Source of the DNA: Bacteriovoracia bacterium
GTDB taxonomy: Bacteria > Bdellovibrionota > UBA1018 > CAIPTA01
Direction: 5' to 3'
Assembly (NCBI GenBank): GCA_050246755.1
Contig: JBFWVL010000001.1
Coordinates: 640,001-704,000, forward strand
Length of the DNA stretch: 64,000 nucleotides
This document shows, piece by piece, positions 28,676 through 38,711 of the stretch; position 1 is the stretch's first letter, and the number at the start of each line of letters is the position of its first letter. The notes beneath the pieces were generated by a model. That model was not told the origin of the DNA. It did no database searches and saw nothing but the letters and a program-made list of their open reading frames with translations. A program made the position numbers and the translations under genes.

Positions 28676-29806
28676 ATGTTAGGCTTGTTCAAAAAAATCG
28701 CCCCCTTTTTCACCGGCCCGGCGCCCTATTTATTTTTGAGCGCCTCCCGCAAAATCGGCCCGAATGATACCTGCCTCTTTTCTATCTATGATCCCTCCCT
28801 CGACGAAGTGAGCAACGTGGAAATACCCCTGCACCTCGCCCACTCCGTGGTAGGCAATGCCCAAAGCCGCCGCCGGGCGATCGCGGTCGAGCAATACGGC
28901 TCGAAAATGTGCGAGGTAGATCTAGTGGATAAGCGGGTTTCGCGCTTGATCGAGGCCGGAAAAGGCCGCGCTTTTTACGGACACGGAACTTTTTCCGCCG
29001 ACGCCAAATTATTTTTCTCCACGGAAATTTCGACCGACGAAAAAGAAGAAGGCTTTCTCGTGGTGCGCGACGGCGCGACTCTCGCCGAGCTCGACATATT
29101 ACCCACTTACGGCCGCCGCCCCCACGATATTGCGCTGGTGGAAAATGGCACCATGCTCTTCGTGGCCAATCAAGGGGCCGCCCATACCGAGCCGAACGGC
29201 GAGCTCACCAGCCTAGTATTCATCGATCTCGCTTCCGGAAAACTCGTGCGCAAGATGGAAGATTCCCGGGCCGGCTTTCTTTTCAGCCACCTCGCCACCA
29301 ATAAGCTCGGCCATATGGCGGCCGCCCTTTTTCACCCTCAGCCCAAGCAGGATCCGGAATCGATAAAAATCCGCAAACTGCTGGATAATCCCGAAACCCG
29401 GGCGGAGGGCGTGAAACGAACCATAGAAACGATCGAATACCGTTCGGCTCCCCTATTCTTCGTGGGCGCTGATTTGCGGGAACACGCTCCCGAATCGGCC
29501 TACGCCGAAATGAGAATGACCCTGAGCCTCTGCATGCATTCCGAAAAACCCGTGCTCGGCGCCATTCACGTGATGAGCGGCTTGGTCACTTTTTCGGACG
29601 CGAGCACGAATACCTTGCTCCATGCTGAAAAAATCGACGAAGTCCCGCAAGGAATCGCCCTCACCGAAGACGGAAAGGCCTTCGTAGTTTCTACGATGAG
29701 CGATTCGCTTTTTTATTTCGACGCCGGGAACTTCCGGTTAATGAAAAGAATCCGGCCGCGGGGATTCCAGTTCGGACACCACCTACTCGCCTGGAAAACC
29801 GCTTAG
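28676..29806 (+). CDS. DUF1513-like beta-propeller protein
   Basis: FYGHGTFS.D...STE, G..PHD and VANQG motifs. Confidence 0.75.
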   Translation: MLGLFKKIAPFFTGPAPYLFLSASRKIGPNDTCLFSIYDPSLDEVSNVEIPLHLAHSVVGNAQSRRRAIAVEQYGSKMCEVDLVDKRVSRLIEAGKGRAFYGHGTFSADAKLFFSTEISTDEKEEGFLVVRDGATLAELDILPTYGRRPHDIALVENGTMLFVANQGAAHTEPNGELTSLVFIDLASGKLVRKMEDSRAGFLFSHLATNKLGHMAAALFHPQPKQDPESIKIRKLLDNPETRAEGVKRTIETIEYRSAPLFFVGADLREHAPESAYAEMRMTLSLCMHSEKPVLGAIHVMSGLVTFSDASTNTLLHAEKIDEVPQGIALTEDGKAFVVSTMSDSLFYFDAGNFRLMKRIRPRGFQFGHHLLAWKTA

Positions 29807-29809
29807 GCC

Positions 29810-31345
29810 TTATTCTTCTTCGGGCGCCTTGCCGGCTTTTTTACTTAGGTCGAGCGAAGTAATCGCCAAGCCTTCGTCACGGCGGAAACGCAGCAGGTAC
29901 ACGCGCGGCTCCTTGAACAGGGCATAGAAGGATTTCAAGTTCGTCACCGGTTTTTGGTCCACTTCCACGATCAAGTCTTTTTGCTCGAGGCCGGCTTCGT
30001 CGGCTGGGCCGTCGGGGGTAACGCGCGAAACTACCACGCCTTTGGCGCTGGGGGGCAGGCCGAGCTCCCGGCGGGTTTCGGTATCGAGGTCTTCCACGTT
30101 CATCCCGAGATTGAGGGCGGGCTTGGCCGTCTTGGATTTGGGCGCGGTGCCTTGGCCAATGATATTCTCGCGGCTGGGCCGCTTGCCTACCATCACCTTG
30201 AAATCTTTTTCCTTCTCGGAGCGTAGCACGCGCACGTCGATAGCCTTGCCGGGCTCGAGGGAAGAAACCGTATTCACCAGCTGGCGGCCGTCGAGAATTC
30301 GTTTGCCGTTGATGCTGAGAATAACGTCGTAGGGCTGAATACCGGCCTTAGCGGCGGGCTCTCCGTCGTAAACTTCGCTCACGATCACGCCACGCGTATT
30401 TTTGGGAAGCTTCAAGTTCTTCGCGATCTGTGGGCTGATCTCGGTGATGTTCACGCCGATGAAGCCACGAGTTACGGTGCCTTTCGAACGAAGCTCCGGC
30501 AGGATGCGCTTCACGTAATTTATGGGAATGGCGAAGCCGATCCCCTGGGCCGCGGCATTGATCAAAGTATTGATCCCGATCACTTCGCCCGCGGTGTTGA
30601 TGAGGGGGCCGCCGGAATTCCCCGGGTTAATCGGCGTGTCGGTTTGCAGGTAATTCGCGAACTGCGAAATCGGGAGCACCACGCGTTCCTTGGCCGAAAT
30701 GATTCCCTTGGTGACGGTATGCCCGTGACCGAAAGGATTACCCACCGCCATCACCCACTCGCCTACCTGAAGGGCGTCGGAATCGCCGAGCGGAGCAGCC
30801 TTAAGCTTGCGCGATGTTTTGATTTTGAGCAGAGCCACGTCGGCGTCGGCGTCGCCGCCCACTACCTTCGCGTCGATGCCCTCGCGGTCGGCGTCTTCTT
30901 CGGTGAGGATGATCTTGATTTCGTCGGCATCGGCGATCACGTGGTAGTTCGTTACGATCAAGCCTTCTTTTTCGTCGATGATAAAACCCGAGCCGAGACT
31001 AGTGGATTTACGGGTCTGCGGATTCTGCTGTTGGGGCATGTTCGGCACGAACTCTTCGCCGAAAAACTGCTCGAAGAAACGCTTATACATTTCCGCCTGG
31101 GGCCCGCTGCCGTAAGGATTAGCCACGGTCTGGGTGGTATAGATATTCACCACGGAAGGCACCAGACGCTTCGAAAGATCCACGAAAAGATCTTTGAGGT
31201 TATCGGTTACGGCGGCGTGGGCCTGCTCGCCCCGCATTTCGGTACTGGCTAATTTGGAAATCCAGTTTCCGAGGCTGGTAGCACTGTAGCCGAAGCCTAA
31301 AACAACCACGGCGAGAACGAGAACGGAGTATTTGCTTAGTTTCAT
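29810..31345 (-). CDS. Do/HtrA (DegP/DegQ) serine endoprotease with 2 PDZ domains
   Basis: TNYHV, DVALLK, GNSGGPL catalytic motifs. Confidence 0.95.
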   Translation of the reverse strand: MKLSKYSVLVLAVVVLGFGYSATSLGNWISKLASTEMRGEQAHAAVTDNLKDLFVDLSKRLVPSVVNIYTTQTVANPYGSGPQAEMYKRFFEQFFGEEFVPNMPQQQNPQTRKSTSLGSGFIIDEKEGLIVTNYHVIADADEIKIILTEEDADREGIDAKVVGGDADADVALLKIKTSRKLKAAPLGDSDALQVGEWVMAVGNPFGHGHTVTKGIISAKERVVLPISQFANYLQTDTPINPGNSGGPLINTAGEVIGINTLINAAAQGIGFAIPINYVKRILPELRSKGTVTRGFIGVNITEISPQIAKNLKLPKNTRGVIVSEVYDGEPAAKAGIQPYDVILSINGKRILDGRQLVNTVSSLEPGKAIDVRVLRSEKEKDFKVMVGKRPSRENIIGQGTAPKSKTAKPALNLGMNVEDLDTETRRELGLPPSAKGVVVSRVTPDGPADEAGLEQKDLIVEVDQKPVTNLKSFYALFKEPRVYLLRFRRDEGLAITSLDLSKKAGKAPEEE

Positions 31346-31590
31346 TTTTTACTCACTTCCAGGAACTTCATCTGCACTTCGTACAGCACCCGTTCCAGTA
31401 ATTTGTCTTCGTCGGGGGTTAGGTTATTAAGAGTTTTTTGTTTAATCATTTGCAGCAGATCAATATTCTGCCGCGCCATTTCGAGGTCGAGCTCCTGCTT
31501 ATTCGAATCAGGGCGTGGGGCTAGGCCGAGGCCCATCATTGCGGCCGAAGCCACGGAAAGTACGAAAGTCGGAAAATCGATAGCGCTCAT
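31342..31590 (-). CDS. DUF1844-family protein
   Basis: F..FVLS...A...LG...P...ARQNIDLL....KT.NNL...E pattern. Confidence 0.85.
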   Translation of the reverse strand: MSAIDFPTFVLSVASAAMMGLGLAPRPDSNKQELDLEMARQNIDLLQMIKQKTLNNLTPDEDKLLERVLYEVQMKFLEVSKK

Positions 31591-31614
31591 AGGGGAATGT
31601 TATGGCAAAGACGC

Positions 31615-32346
31615 TCAGCTTTCGCAAGCGCCGGGGCCGAGAAGACTCGCCCGGCGATCCTGAACGGAGGGCTGCAAAAAATAGAAATGAAATGGTTGAG
31701 ATTCTAGGGCCAGCGGAGAAACCAGGAAAAGCGAATCCATCGCAAGATTCCAGCGTTCGAGCGGAATCTTCCTCGCGAGCACGGAAACCTTTTGCAGCAT
31801 CGCAGCAATTCTAAACCGGTCCACTTGCTGCGCTGCGAGTAAGTCCGCGTTCAATACTTTTTTCGGGCTAGCCGCCAATCGGAGGCAGAAAGTGAGAGGG
31901 GGGGAAAAAAGAAACTGAAAAACAAAGGGATAGGCTTGGAGAAACTGAGCAAAGGGAAAAAGCGCCAGAGCCACAATCGTGTGCCGAGAGCGCCCGCGGG
32001 CATACACGTGCGCCAAGCAAAGCGCCAAGGCGGCATCCAACTCTTCCCCCGAAAGGGTACGCACTAGGCCCTCGCTCAGCACCACATAGGCCGAACGCCC
32101 CCTCCTCACCAATAAGGCATTTGGAGAAAACTCGGGCAAAACGCGCAGCTCGGGAACTCGCACGCGGTAGGCCGCCGCCACCGCCTCTAGCCTCTCCTGT
32201 ACCTGTAACCAGATAGGCTCTTGGCGCTGGGCCGGATTGGCTTCTAAGTGCCGCAAAAGACGGGGTAAAGCTAGCCAGCCCAAATACCAGGCATAGAGTA
32301 GACCCACAAATAGTAGAGCGCCAAAAACGGCGAAAAAGACATTCAT
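31615..32346 (-). CDS. M48/HtpX-like membrane protein, catalytically degenerate
   Basis: PNA...SEGL...L..EEL.A scaffold, but HExxH is replaced by LCLAH. Confidence 0.7.
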   Translation of the reverse strand: MNVFFAVFGALLFVGLLYAWYLGWLALPRLLRHLEANPAQRQEPIWLQVQERLEAVAAAYRVRVPELRVLPEFSPNALLVRRGRSAYVVLSEGLVRTLSGEELDAALALCLAHVYARGRSRHTIVALALFPFAQFLQAYPFVFQFLFSPPLTFCLRLAASPKKVLNADLLAAQQVDRFRIAAMLQKVSVLARKIPLERWNLAMDSLFLVSPLALESQPFHFYFLQPSVQDRRASLLGPGACES

Positions 32347-32376
32347 CTCCTTTCTTTTATATCCGATAAGTTGGGG

Positions 32377-32589
32377 ATGAGCGACGACGATCTAATCTGT
32401 ATCTGCATGAGCGTATCGCGGGGCGAAATTAGGGCCGCGGTGAAGAGTGGTAACGATAGCCTAGAGGGGCTAAAGGCCTCACTATTTTGCTGCACTGGCT
32501 GCGGAACCTGTGAGGGCCGCGTGCGCAAGGTAATGGAAGAAACCCAGGCCGAAGCGCAAGCGCCTACTCTCGAAAAAACCGGAAGCTAA
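32377..32589 (+). CDS. BFD-like [2Fe-2S]-binding protein
   Basis: ICICMSVS...TGCGTC. Confidence 0.85.
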   Translation: MSDDDLICICMSVSRGEIRAAVKSGNDSLEGLKASLFCCTGCGTCEGRVRKVMEETQAEAQAPTLEKTGS

Positions 32590-32626
32590 TACGCCAATTT
32601 AAAAAATTTCGAATCCCAAAATCCGC

Positions 32627-33943
32627 CTAAGCGGATTTTTTGCCTTTGCCCTTGGTGCTTACGCCCTCGAGCTGAATGCCGGACTGAGGCGCACCGGGTA
32701 TGAGGGTTCTCTCCGATTGCTCATCGTCGGAACCGCCGTCGCGCACGGCAAATTGGGAAGTATTGCTCGCTTGTTGTAGAAGCTCATTGGCCTCTACGCC
32801 GGCCTGGGTTCCGCCCACCATTCCCGAAAGCTTAAGCACGAGGTCTTCCTTCTTATCGCTGTTTAGGATCGCTTCTTCCTGCGTGATCAGCCCGTCGCGC
32901 ACGAGCTGCTCGAGCGCCTGGTTCATGCTTTGCATTTTGTAATAAAGGTTCGAGCTTTCCATCACCACGTCGAGCTCGTTGATGCGGTTTTCCGCGATCA
33001 GCTTTTCCACCGTGGGGGACCGAGTGAGGATTTCGCAGGCCGCGATGCGCCCTTTGCCATCAGCCCGGCGCACGAGACGCTGCGTAACCACCCCGAGAAT
33101 GCAACTAGCGAGCTGGATGCGGAGCTGATTCTGCGCATCGGCCGGAAAACTATCGAGGATACGATCGATGCTCTGGGCGGCATCGTTGGTGTGCAGAGTG
33201 CTCACCACGAGGTGCCCGGTTTCGGCGGCGGTGATGGCCGTTTGGATCGTGGCGAAATCACGCATCTCCCCGATCATGATCACATCGGGATCCTGGCGGA
33301 GGGCGGCCCGGAGCGCCAACGGCATGCTCACGGCATCTACCCCAACTTCTCTCTGAGAAATGGTGCCGATCTTATCTTCGAAAATATATTCGATCGGATC
33401 TTCGATCGTGACCACGTGCACCCGCGCATTGCGGTTGATGTGCTCGATCACTCCGGCGAGGGTGGTGGATTTTCCGGAACCGGTAGCGCCCGTGAGCAGC
33501 AGCAGGCCCCGCGGCTTGAGCGCGAGCTCGCCCACTACCGGCGGCAAGCCCAGTGAACCGAGCAGCGGAACTTCGAGGGGCACCACGCGGATCACGAAGG
33601 CGAGGGTGCCCTTCTGCATGAACACATTGGCGCGAAAGCGCGAAAGGCCCGGCACTAAATAACCAAAATCTATTTGAAGGCCTTCTTCGAATTCCTTGAT
33701 CTGCTTCTGCGTCATGGTGCTATAGGCCAGGCGCTTCACTTCTTCGTGCGAAAGCGGGGGAAGCTTCGCGGGCAGCAGTTTTCCATTGATCCGGTAGAGA
33801 GGCGGCCGCCCGGCCTTCACGTGCAAGTCAGAAGCCTTATGTTTCACGAGGCCCTTGAGCAGGGAATAAATAGTGGTGGTCTTATCGCTGGATTCCGCGA
33901 CCGGCTCGGTTAAAATCTGTTCGGCGGCTACTTCGTCCGGCAT
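32627..33943 (-). CDS. pilT: PilT/PilU-family type IV pilus retraction ATPase
   Basis: ASDLH, GATGSGKST, TIEDPIE, RQDPDVIMIGEMRD, AETGHLVVSTLHT. Confidence 0.9.
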   Translation of the reverse strand: MPDEVAAEQILTEPVAESSDKTTTIYSLLKGLVKHKASDLHVKAGRPPLYRINGKLLPAKLPPLSHEEVKRLAYSTMTQKQIKEFEEGLQIDFGYLVPGLSRFRANVFMQKGTLAFVIRVVPLEVPLLGSLGLPPVVGELALKPRGLLLLTGATGSGKSTTLAGVIEHINRNARVHVVTIEDPIEYIFEDKIGTISQREVGVDAVSMPLALRAALRQDPDVIMIGEMRDFATIQTAITAAETGHLVVSTLHTNDAAQSIDRILDSFPADAQNQLRIQLASCILGVVTQRLVRRADGKGRIAACEILTRSPTVEKLIAENRINELDVVMESSNLYYKMQSMNQALEQLVRDGLITQEEAILNSDKKEDLVLKLSGMVGGTQAGVEANELLQQASNTSQFAVRDGGSDDEQSERTLIPGAPQSGIQLEGVSTKGKGKKSA

Positions 33944-33944
33944 T

Positions 33945-34766
33945 TTAACCCGCCCTACGCGCCAACTCGGCGGTTAGAAAACGGACTTCGATGATTTTTA
34001 CGGCCATGCGAATGGCTTGCTCGAGGAATTCTACGTCTCGTTCGTGGAAGCTGCCGCCAGCGTGCCGATTGAAAAGCTCGATCACCCCATAGAGTTGGTT
34101 CGTGATCACGATCGGCGCGGCGAGGCAGGTGCGCGTATCGAATCCCGTGCCCGCGCTGATGGCCCGCAGCTGCATCTCATCGCTGGCGAGATCTTTCAGC
34201 AGCACCGTCTGGCGGCTCTCCGCCACGTGGCCCACGATGCCCTTGTTGGCCGGCACGCGGAAAGACTTCAGCTGTTCGGCGTCGCCGCCGCCCACGCTGG
34301 CGCGAAAAAAGAATTCTTTGGATTCGGAGTCGAACTCGAGAATGGACCCCGCTTCGGCGTTCAATCCGTCCACGATCGCCTTCAGCACGCCTTCCATCAT
34401 TTCAGAAAATGGGCGGTCACAAACCACGAGGTCAAAAAGCTTGGCGGCCATTTCCCAGCGGGCGTTCGCCTGCAAGCCGTCGAGGCTACCGTCTTCCACC
34501 GTTACCGGAACGTTCTCGGAGAGAGCCTGAAGCATGTCGAGATTTTCTTCGGGTACGCCAATCAGTTCGTGAATGGCGTCGGCCGCTTCGTTCAGCACGC
34601 TCGCGGGATTTCCGGGCTCGGAAAAATCCAATACGATGCCGTCGAGTCCGGGGTCCTCGAAATTCTGGGCGAGCCCTTCTTCACGATCTACCGGCAGATC
34701 CGGAATATCGCTGAATTCGGGTGGCTTTTTCTTAGCGGCGTTCGACAAAAGAATTCTCCCCTTCAC
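33945..34766 (-). CDS. Stand-alone GAF-domain protein with acidic N-terminus
   Basis: GIVGHVA...LAAPI...GVIELFN...F...D. Confidence 0.85.
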   Translation of the reverse strand: MKGRILLSNAAKKKPPEFSDIPDLPVDREEGLAQNFEDPGLDGIVLDFSEPGNPASVLNEAADAIHELIGVPEENLDMLQALSENVPVTVEDGSLDGLQANARWEMAAKLFDLVVCDRPFSEMMEGVLKAIVDGLNAEAGSILEFDSESKEFFFRASVGGGDAEQLKSFRVPANKGIVGHVAESRQTVLLKDLASDEMQLRAISAGTGFDTRTCLAAPIVITNQLYGVIELFNRHAGGSFHERDVEFLEQAIRMAVKIIEVRFLTAELARRAG

Positions 34767-34877
34767 GCAATGCGCTTAAGGACTAATCGGAACTCTAAGC
34801 CATTGACTTGAGGGAAGTTTCCCGCCACACGCTATAATTTAATTATTAATTTCAACCACTTGGAGATGAACGCGCGG

Positions 34878-35684
34878 CTATTTTTTCTTTGCCACGAGGC
34901 TGGCGGTCGCGCTTTTGCCGTCGTTCTCTTCGGAATAGTGCAGGATCTCGAAATCGCCGAAGGCTTTCTTCAGCTCGCCCGCTTCCAATAAATAATCTTT
35001 GTCCATCGAGGATCCGCCGGGATTCTTCAGGTGAGCCGTGGTGTAGGTCTGAAATACCACCACCCCGCCGGATTTCAGCCCCGCTTTGATTTCCGGGATG
35101 AGCGAGCGCTGCAGGTAGAAGAAATTGATGATCGCGGTGTAGGATGCCGGCTTAATATGATATTTGTTTAGGTCCGCGTTCACCGTTTGGATCTTCACGC
35201 CGTTTTCGGCCGCAAGCTTCTTGGCTTTGCGCAATCCCACCACGGAAATATCCACGCCTTCCACGAGGAAGCCTTTTTTGGCGAGGAAAACGGCATTACG
35301 ACCCTCCCCCGTGGCGATGTCCAGCGCGCGGCCTTTAGGGAGGCTGTCCACGAAGCGCACGAGAAACTCGGCGGGGTCTTTTCCGAATACGTAGTCTTTA
35401 CGGGCGTAGGTTTTATCCCAGGCGGTACGGTCGTCGCCGAAATCGCTGTCGCCGGTGATGGCCATGAGGCGGGTGGTGCGATTCTTTTTCGAATCAGAGA
35501 CGGGCCCCTCGGGCTCTTCTTCCGCGCGGAGTGTGGAGGAGACTAAGAGGGAGAGCGAAAATACAAAAAAAATTGCCCTGCCGATACTTCCTCTCCGCGG
35601 GGTTTTGCTCTCTAGGGAGCTCGCACGGTTTACGAAAACACGGCGAAAACGGAAGGAAATAGGGTCAGGGCAAGTTGGGGTCAT
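34878..35684 (-). CDS. Class I SAM methyltransferase (TehB-like) with an N-terminal hydrophobic segment
   Basis: ALDIATGEGRNAVFLA, GVDIS; start uncertain. Confidence 0.85.
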   Translation of the reverse strand: MTPTCPDPISFRFRRVFVNRASSLESKTPRRGSIGRAIFFVFSLSLLVSSTLRAEEEPEGPVSDSKKNRTTRLMAITGDSDFGDDRTAWDKTYARKDYVFGKDPAEFLVRFVDSLPKGRALDIATGEGRNAVFLAKKGFLVEGVDISVVGLRKAKKLAAENGVKIQTVNADLNKYHIKPASYTAIINFFYLQRSLIPEIKAGLKSGGVVVFQTYTTAHLKNPGGSSMDKDYLLEAGELKKAFGDFEILHYSEENDGKSATASLVAKKK

Positions 35685-35691
35685 ATTCCAA

Positions 35692-36231
35692 TTAGAATAT
35701 GCGCTTCATCTTCCTCTGCAAAGTGCGGCGGTCGATTCCAAGCAATAAAGCGGCTTTGCTTACGTTGCCTTTAGTGGCCTTGAGGGCCTTTTCGATTCCA
35801 ACGCGCTCCAAGATATTGAGGTTGTAGGAACGGAACTCGGATTCGTCCATACCGGGAACGCGCTTTTTCTTCTTATCGATCAAGCGCTGGGCCTCGTTGA
35901 GGATCGCGTCCACGTCGCAGGGCTTCTGCAGCACGGAATCGGCGCCTTCCTTCATCGACTCCACGGCCATGGGGATACTGCCGTAGCCGGTGAGCAAAAT
36001 ATAAACGGGCTGAGGATTGAATACGTGCATCTCGCGAAGCACGGAAATTCCATCGAGGCCGGGCATGCGGTAGTCGAGGAGAACTAGATCCGGCGAATTC
36101 TCGCGGAAAATTCCCATGGCTTCTGGCTCGCTCTGGGCGGTCCAAGCGCGCATGCGGCGTTTTTCGAACGCGCCTTTTAGGCTATTACGGAAAGTCTCAT
36201 CATCATCCACGATCAATACGCTAGAAACCAT
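35692..36231 (-). CDS. RegA/PrrA-like response regulator (REC plus Fis HTH)
   Basis: VDDD, LDYRMP, LTGYGSI, KP; GNVSKAA.LLGIDRRTLQRK. Confidence 0.9.
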   Translation of the reverse strand: MVSSVLIVDDDETFRNSLKGAFEKRRMRAWTAQSEPEAMGIFRENSPDLVLLDYRMPGLDGISVLREMHVFNPQPVYILLTGYGSIPMAVESMKEGADSVLQKPCDVDAILNEAQRLIDKKKKRVPGMDESEFRSYNLNILERVGIEKALKATKGNVSKAALLLGIDRRTLQRKMKRIF

Positions 36232-36254
36232 TTTAGACCCCTTTTTTGTACCAT

Positions 36255-37550
36255 TTAGGCCGAGACAGCTTGGTCATCAAACGCCTCGAACCTAGGTAAA
36301 GTGACCCGTAGGATAGCACCGCGACCGGAATGATCGGCAACGACAATCCTGCCGCACACGTGTTCCAGCAGGTAGTAACTCATATACAGCCCTAAACCAG
36401 AGCTAAGTTCTTGAGTTTTCGTGGAAAAGAAGGCTTCAAATGCACGCTCTTTACCCTCTTCCGTGAAACCCGGACCATTATCGGCCACCTCAAAGACTAA
36501 GCTTCCTTCTATCAAATCCTGATAAGCTTGCACTACTATTCGGGCGTCGGGTTCATTTTTCACCGCATACAGCGCGTTTTTCAGCAAATTTTCAAAAACC
36601 TGCCGCAAAACTAGCTCGGGCACCCCAATTTTTTCGGGAAGATCGTGCACCCTCAGCTCGAACTCCACGCTTCTCTTTACTGGATGTTTTTTTGCGTCCT
36701 CCTGCCGAACTGATTCATAAATATCCCGCAGCCAATCGCGAATCTCCACGGCAGAGTAGCGAATATCGTCACTCGAGCGCACCAGAGTATGGGAGTAGCC
36801 CAGTAAAAGCGAAACGATGTCTCCGCATCGTTTGGCCTCGCCCGCGATCAAAGTGAGTTCCTTCTTTAGGGCCGCCGGAGCTTCCGCGATGCTTTCTCTC
36901 GCGAGCAGAAGGATGGAATTGAGCGGGGTTCCGATCTCGTGCGCTAGCCCCGCCACTAGGCGTCCCAGAGCCTCCATCTTCAGATGAAAGCGAGCTTCAT
37001 CCTGCGCGCGGCCCAGGCGATGAAGAAAAATCAAAATGAAAGCGGTGGTAACCACTATCATCAGAATCATTCCCAAGGGAAAAGCGAGCCATACGGGGGA
37101 AGCACGAAGTGCAAACGCTTTTCCCTGCACCACCAGCGGAGGGGCGAAAGCCAATAGCGCTACGCAGGCCGAAGCCACCGCCGCGGTAGTGAGGGTGAAC
37201 ACCGGGCTCAGTAAAAGGCCGGCGACCATCACGTGGAAAAGAAAAAATTCCACGAAAGGGTTCATGAGACCGCCGCTTTCCCACAATAGGAAGGTAAGCG
37301 CGCAAAAATCCACTACCACCTGCAAACAAAGAAAAGCCTGTAAGCTCAATGGAATCACTTGCTCGATTTTTGGCAGTAGCCCGTTCCATAATGCCAACGC
37401 GGCCAGCAAGGCCATGATGGGAATGATTCTCAGTACGATACCAGCTGCGTCGCCAGCTAGAACGGCCAGGGACAAACCGAAAATAGTTACCCAGCGCAAA
37501 TTGCGCAGCCAAGCGGGAGATTCGAGCTCGAAATGTATCGGTATCGCCAT
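36255..37550 (-). CDS. RegB/PrrB-like membrane sensor histidine kinase
   Basis: LRW, GG..NPF quinone-site motif, AHEIGTPL, RC, DNGPG. Confidence 0.9.
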   Translation of the reverse strand: MAIPIHFELESPAWLRNLRWVTIFGLSLAVLAGDAAGIVLRIIPIMALLAALALWNGLLPKIEQVIPLSLQAFLCLQVVVDFCALTFLLWESGGLMNPFVEFFLFHVMVAGLLLSPVFTLTTAAVASACVALLAFAPPLVVQGKAFALRASPVWLAFPLGMILMIVVTTAFILIFLHRLGRAQDEARFHLKMEALGRLVAGLAHEIGTPLNSILLLARESIAEAPAALKKELTLIAGEAKRCGDIVSLLLGYSHTLVRSSDDIRYSAVEIRDWLRDIYESVRQEDAKKHPVKRSVEFELRVHDLPEKIGVPELVLRQVFENLLKNALYAVKNEPDARIVVQAYQDLIEGSLVFEVADNGPGFTEEGKERAFEAFFSTKTQELSSGLGLYMSYYLLEHVCGRIVVADHSGRGAILRVTLPRFEAFDDQAVSA

Positions 37551-37589
37551 GCAGCCTCCTCGCGGCCGCTCCTGAGCTGGCGCGCCCCT

Positions 37590-38594
37590 CTAGTTTAACC
37601 CCGAGAGAACCAGATCGTGCACGCGCAAAACGCCCACACACCCGCCCTCGTCGTCTACCACGGGCAGGAAGCTAAGCTGCCCCGCCCGGTTCTCCATCAC
37701 GTCGAGAGCGTCGGCGGCCTTGGTCTTGGGCCCAACCGATTTCGGCTTCTTCGTCATGATGTCGCCAGCCTTTAGGCCAAAAAACGTCTCCTTTTTCAAG
37801 AGAGCGCGGCGAATATCCCCTTCCACCACCACACCCGCAAGCTTAGGGAGGCCGCCGGAGGTCTTTCCGTCGGCAATGCAGATTCCGCTGTGGCGAAATT
37901 TCGTGAGGGCGATCACCACTTCATCGATCGAAGCGTCGGGCGCAAGCACCGCGAACTCACCCGCTCCGTGCATCAAATCTTCCACGAGCGTGAGCAAGCG
38001 GCGGCCAAGCTTTCCGCCCGGATGAAACTTCGCGAACTTATCGGGACCAAAACCCGCGCGCAGCTTGAGGGCCATCGCCACCGCATCGCCCACCGCCATC
38101 GCGAGCGTGGAGGAAGCCGTGGGCGCAAGATTATCGGGGCAAGCCTCGGAAGAGATGCTCGAGGAAATCACCGCATGCGCGTGCTTGGCGATGGACCCAT
38201 TGGGATTTCCTAAAATCGCCACCACTCCCCGGCAAAGATCCTGGGCGGCCGCGAGCATCAACAAAACTTCTTGGGAGGATCCGCTATGCGAAAAAACCAC
38301 TAAGGCATCGTTGGGCGCCAGAACTCCGAGGTCGCCGTGCAGCGCCTCGGTGGGATGCAAAAAAACCGCCACGCTGCCGGTGCTGGTGAGCGTGGCCGCA
38401 ACTTTCTGGGCCACATTTCCGGATTTTCCCACTCCCGAAACCACCACTTTGCCGCCCTTCGCGAGCGTCTCGTGGAGAAAATCCACCGCCTGCACGAAAG
38501 ATTCTCCGAGAGCGCCGGCGGCGCTAGCTAACGCTTCCGCCTCTACGCGTAATACGCGGCGGCCTTCTTCGAGGGTATTGTTTTGTTGCGGCAC
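37590..38594 (-). CDS. kdsD: KpsF/GutQ-family arabinose-5-phosphate isomerase
   Basis: GVGKSG, EALHGDLG, LAPTAS, FHPGGKLG plus 2 CBS domains. Confidence 0.93.
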   Translation of the reverse strand: MPQQNNTLEEGRRVLRVEAEALASAAGALGESFVQAVDFLHETLAKGGKVVVSGVGKSGNVAQKVAATLTSTGSVAVFLHPTEALHGDLGVLAPNDALVVFSHSGSSQEVLLMLAAAQDLCRGVVAILGNPNGSIAKHAHAVISSSISSEACPDNLAPTASSTLAMAVGDAVAMALKLRAGFGPDKFAKFHPGGKLGRRLLTLVEDLMHGAGEFAVLAPDASIDEVVIALTKFRHSGICIADGKTSGGLPKLAGVVVEGDIRRALLKKETFFGLKAGDIMTKKPKSVGPKTKAADALDVMENRAGQLSFLPVVDDEGGCVGVLRVHDLVLSGLN

Positions 38595-38711
38595 GGTGGA
38601 TTTATACTATTTCAGAAAGGAATTGGCAGCAAATAGCGGAAAAAATCTGCGTTTACAGTTACGCTATTTGCTGTCAGCGAATTTAACGCAATCTCTAATG
38701 GAGGGAAAGTC

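Noticed and set aside
34797-34862. IHF-like WATCAA-N4-TTR matches and a plus-strand TATAAT in the spacer
   Set aside because: Degenerate matches in AT-rich DNA; not distinguishable from chance by eye.
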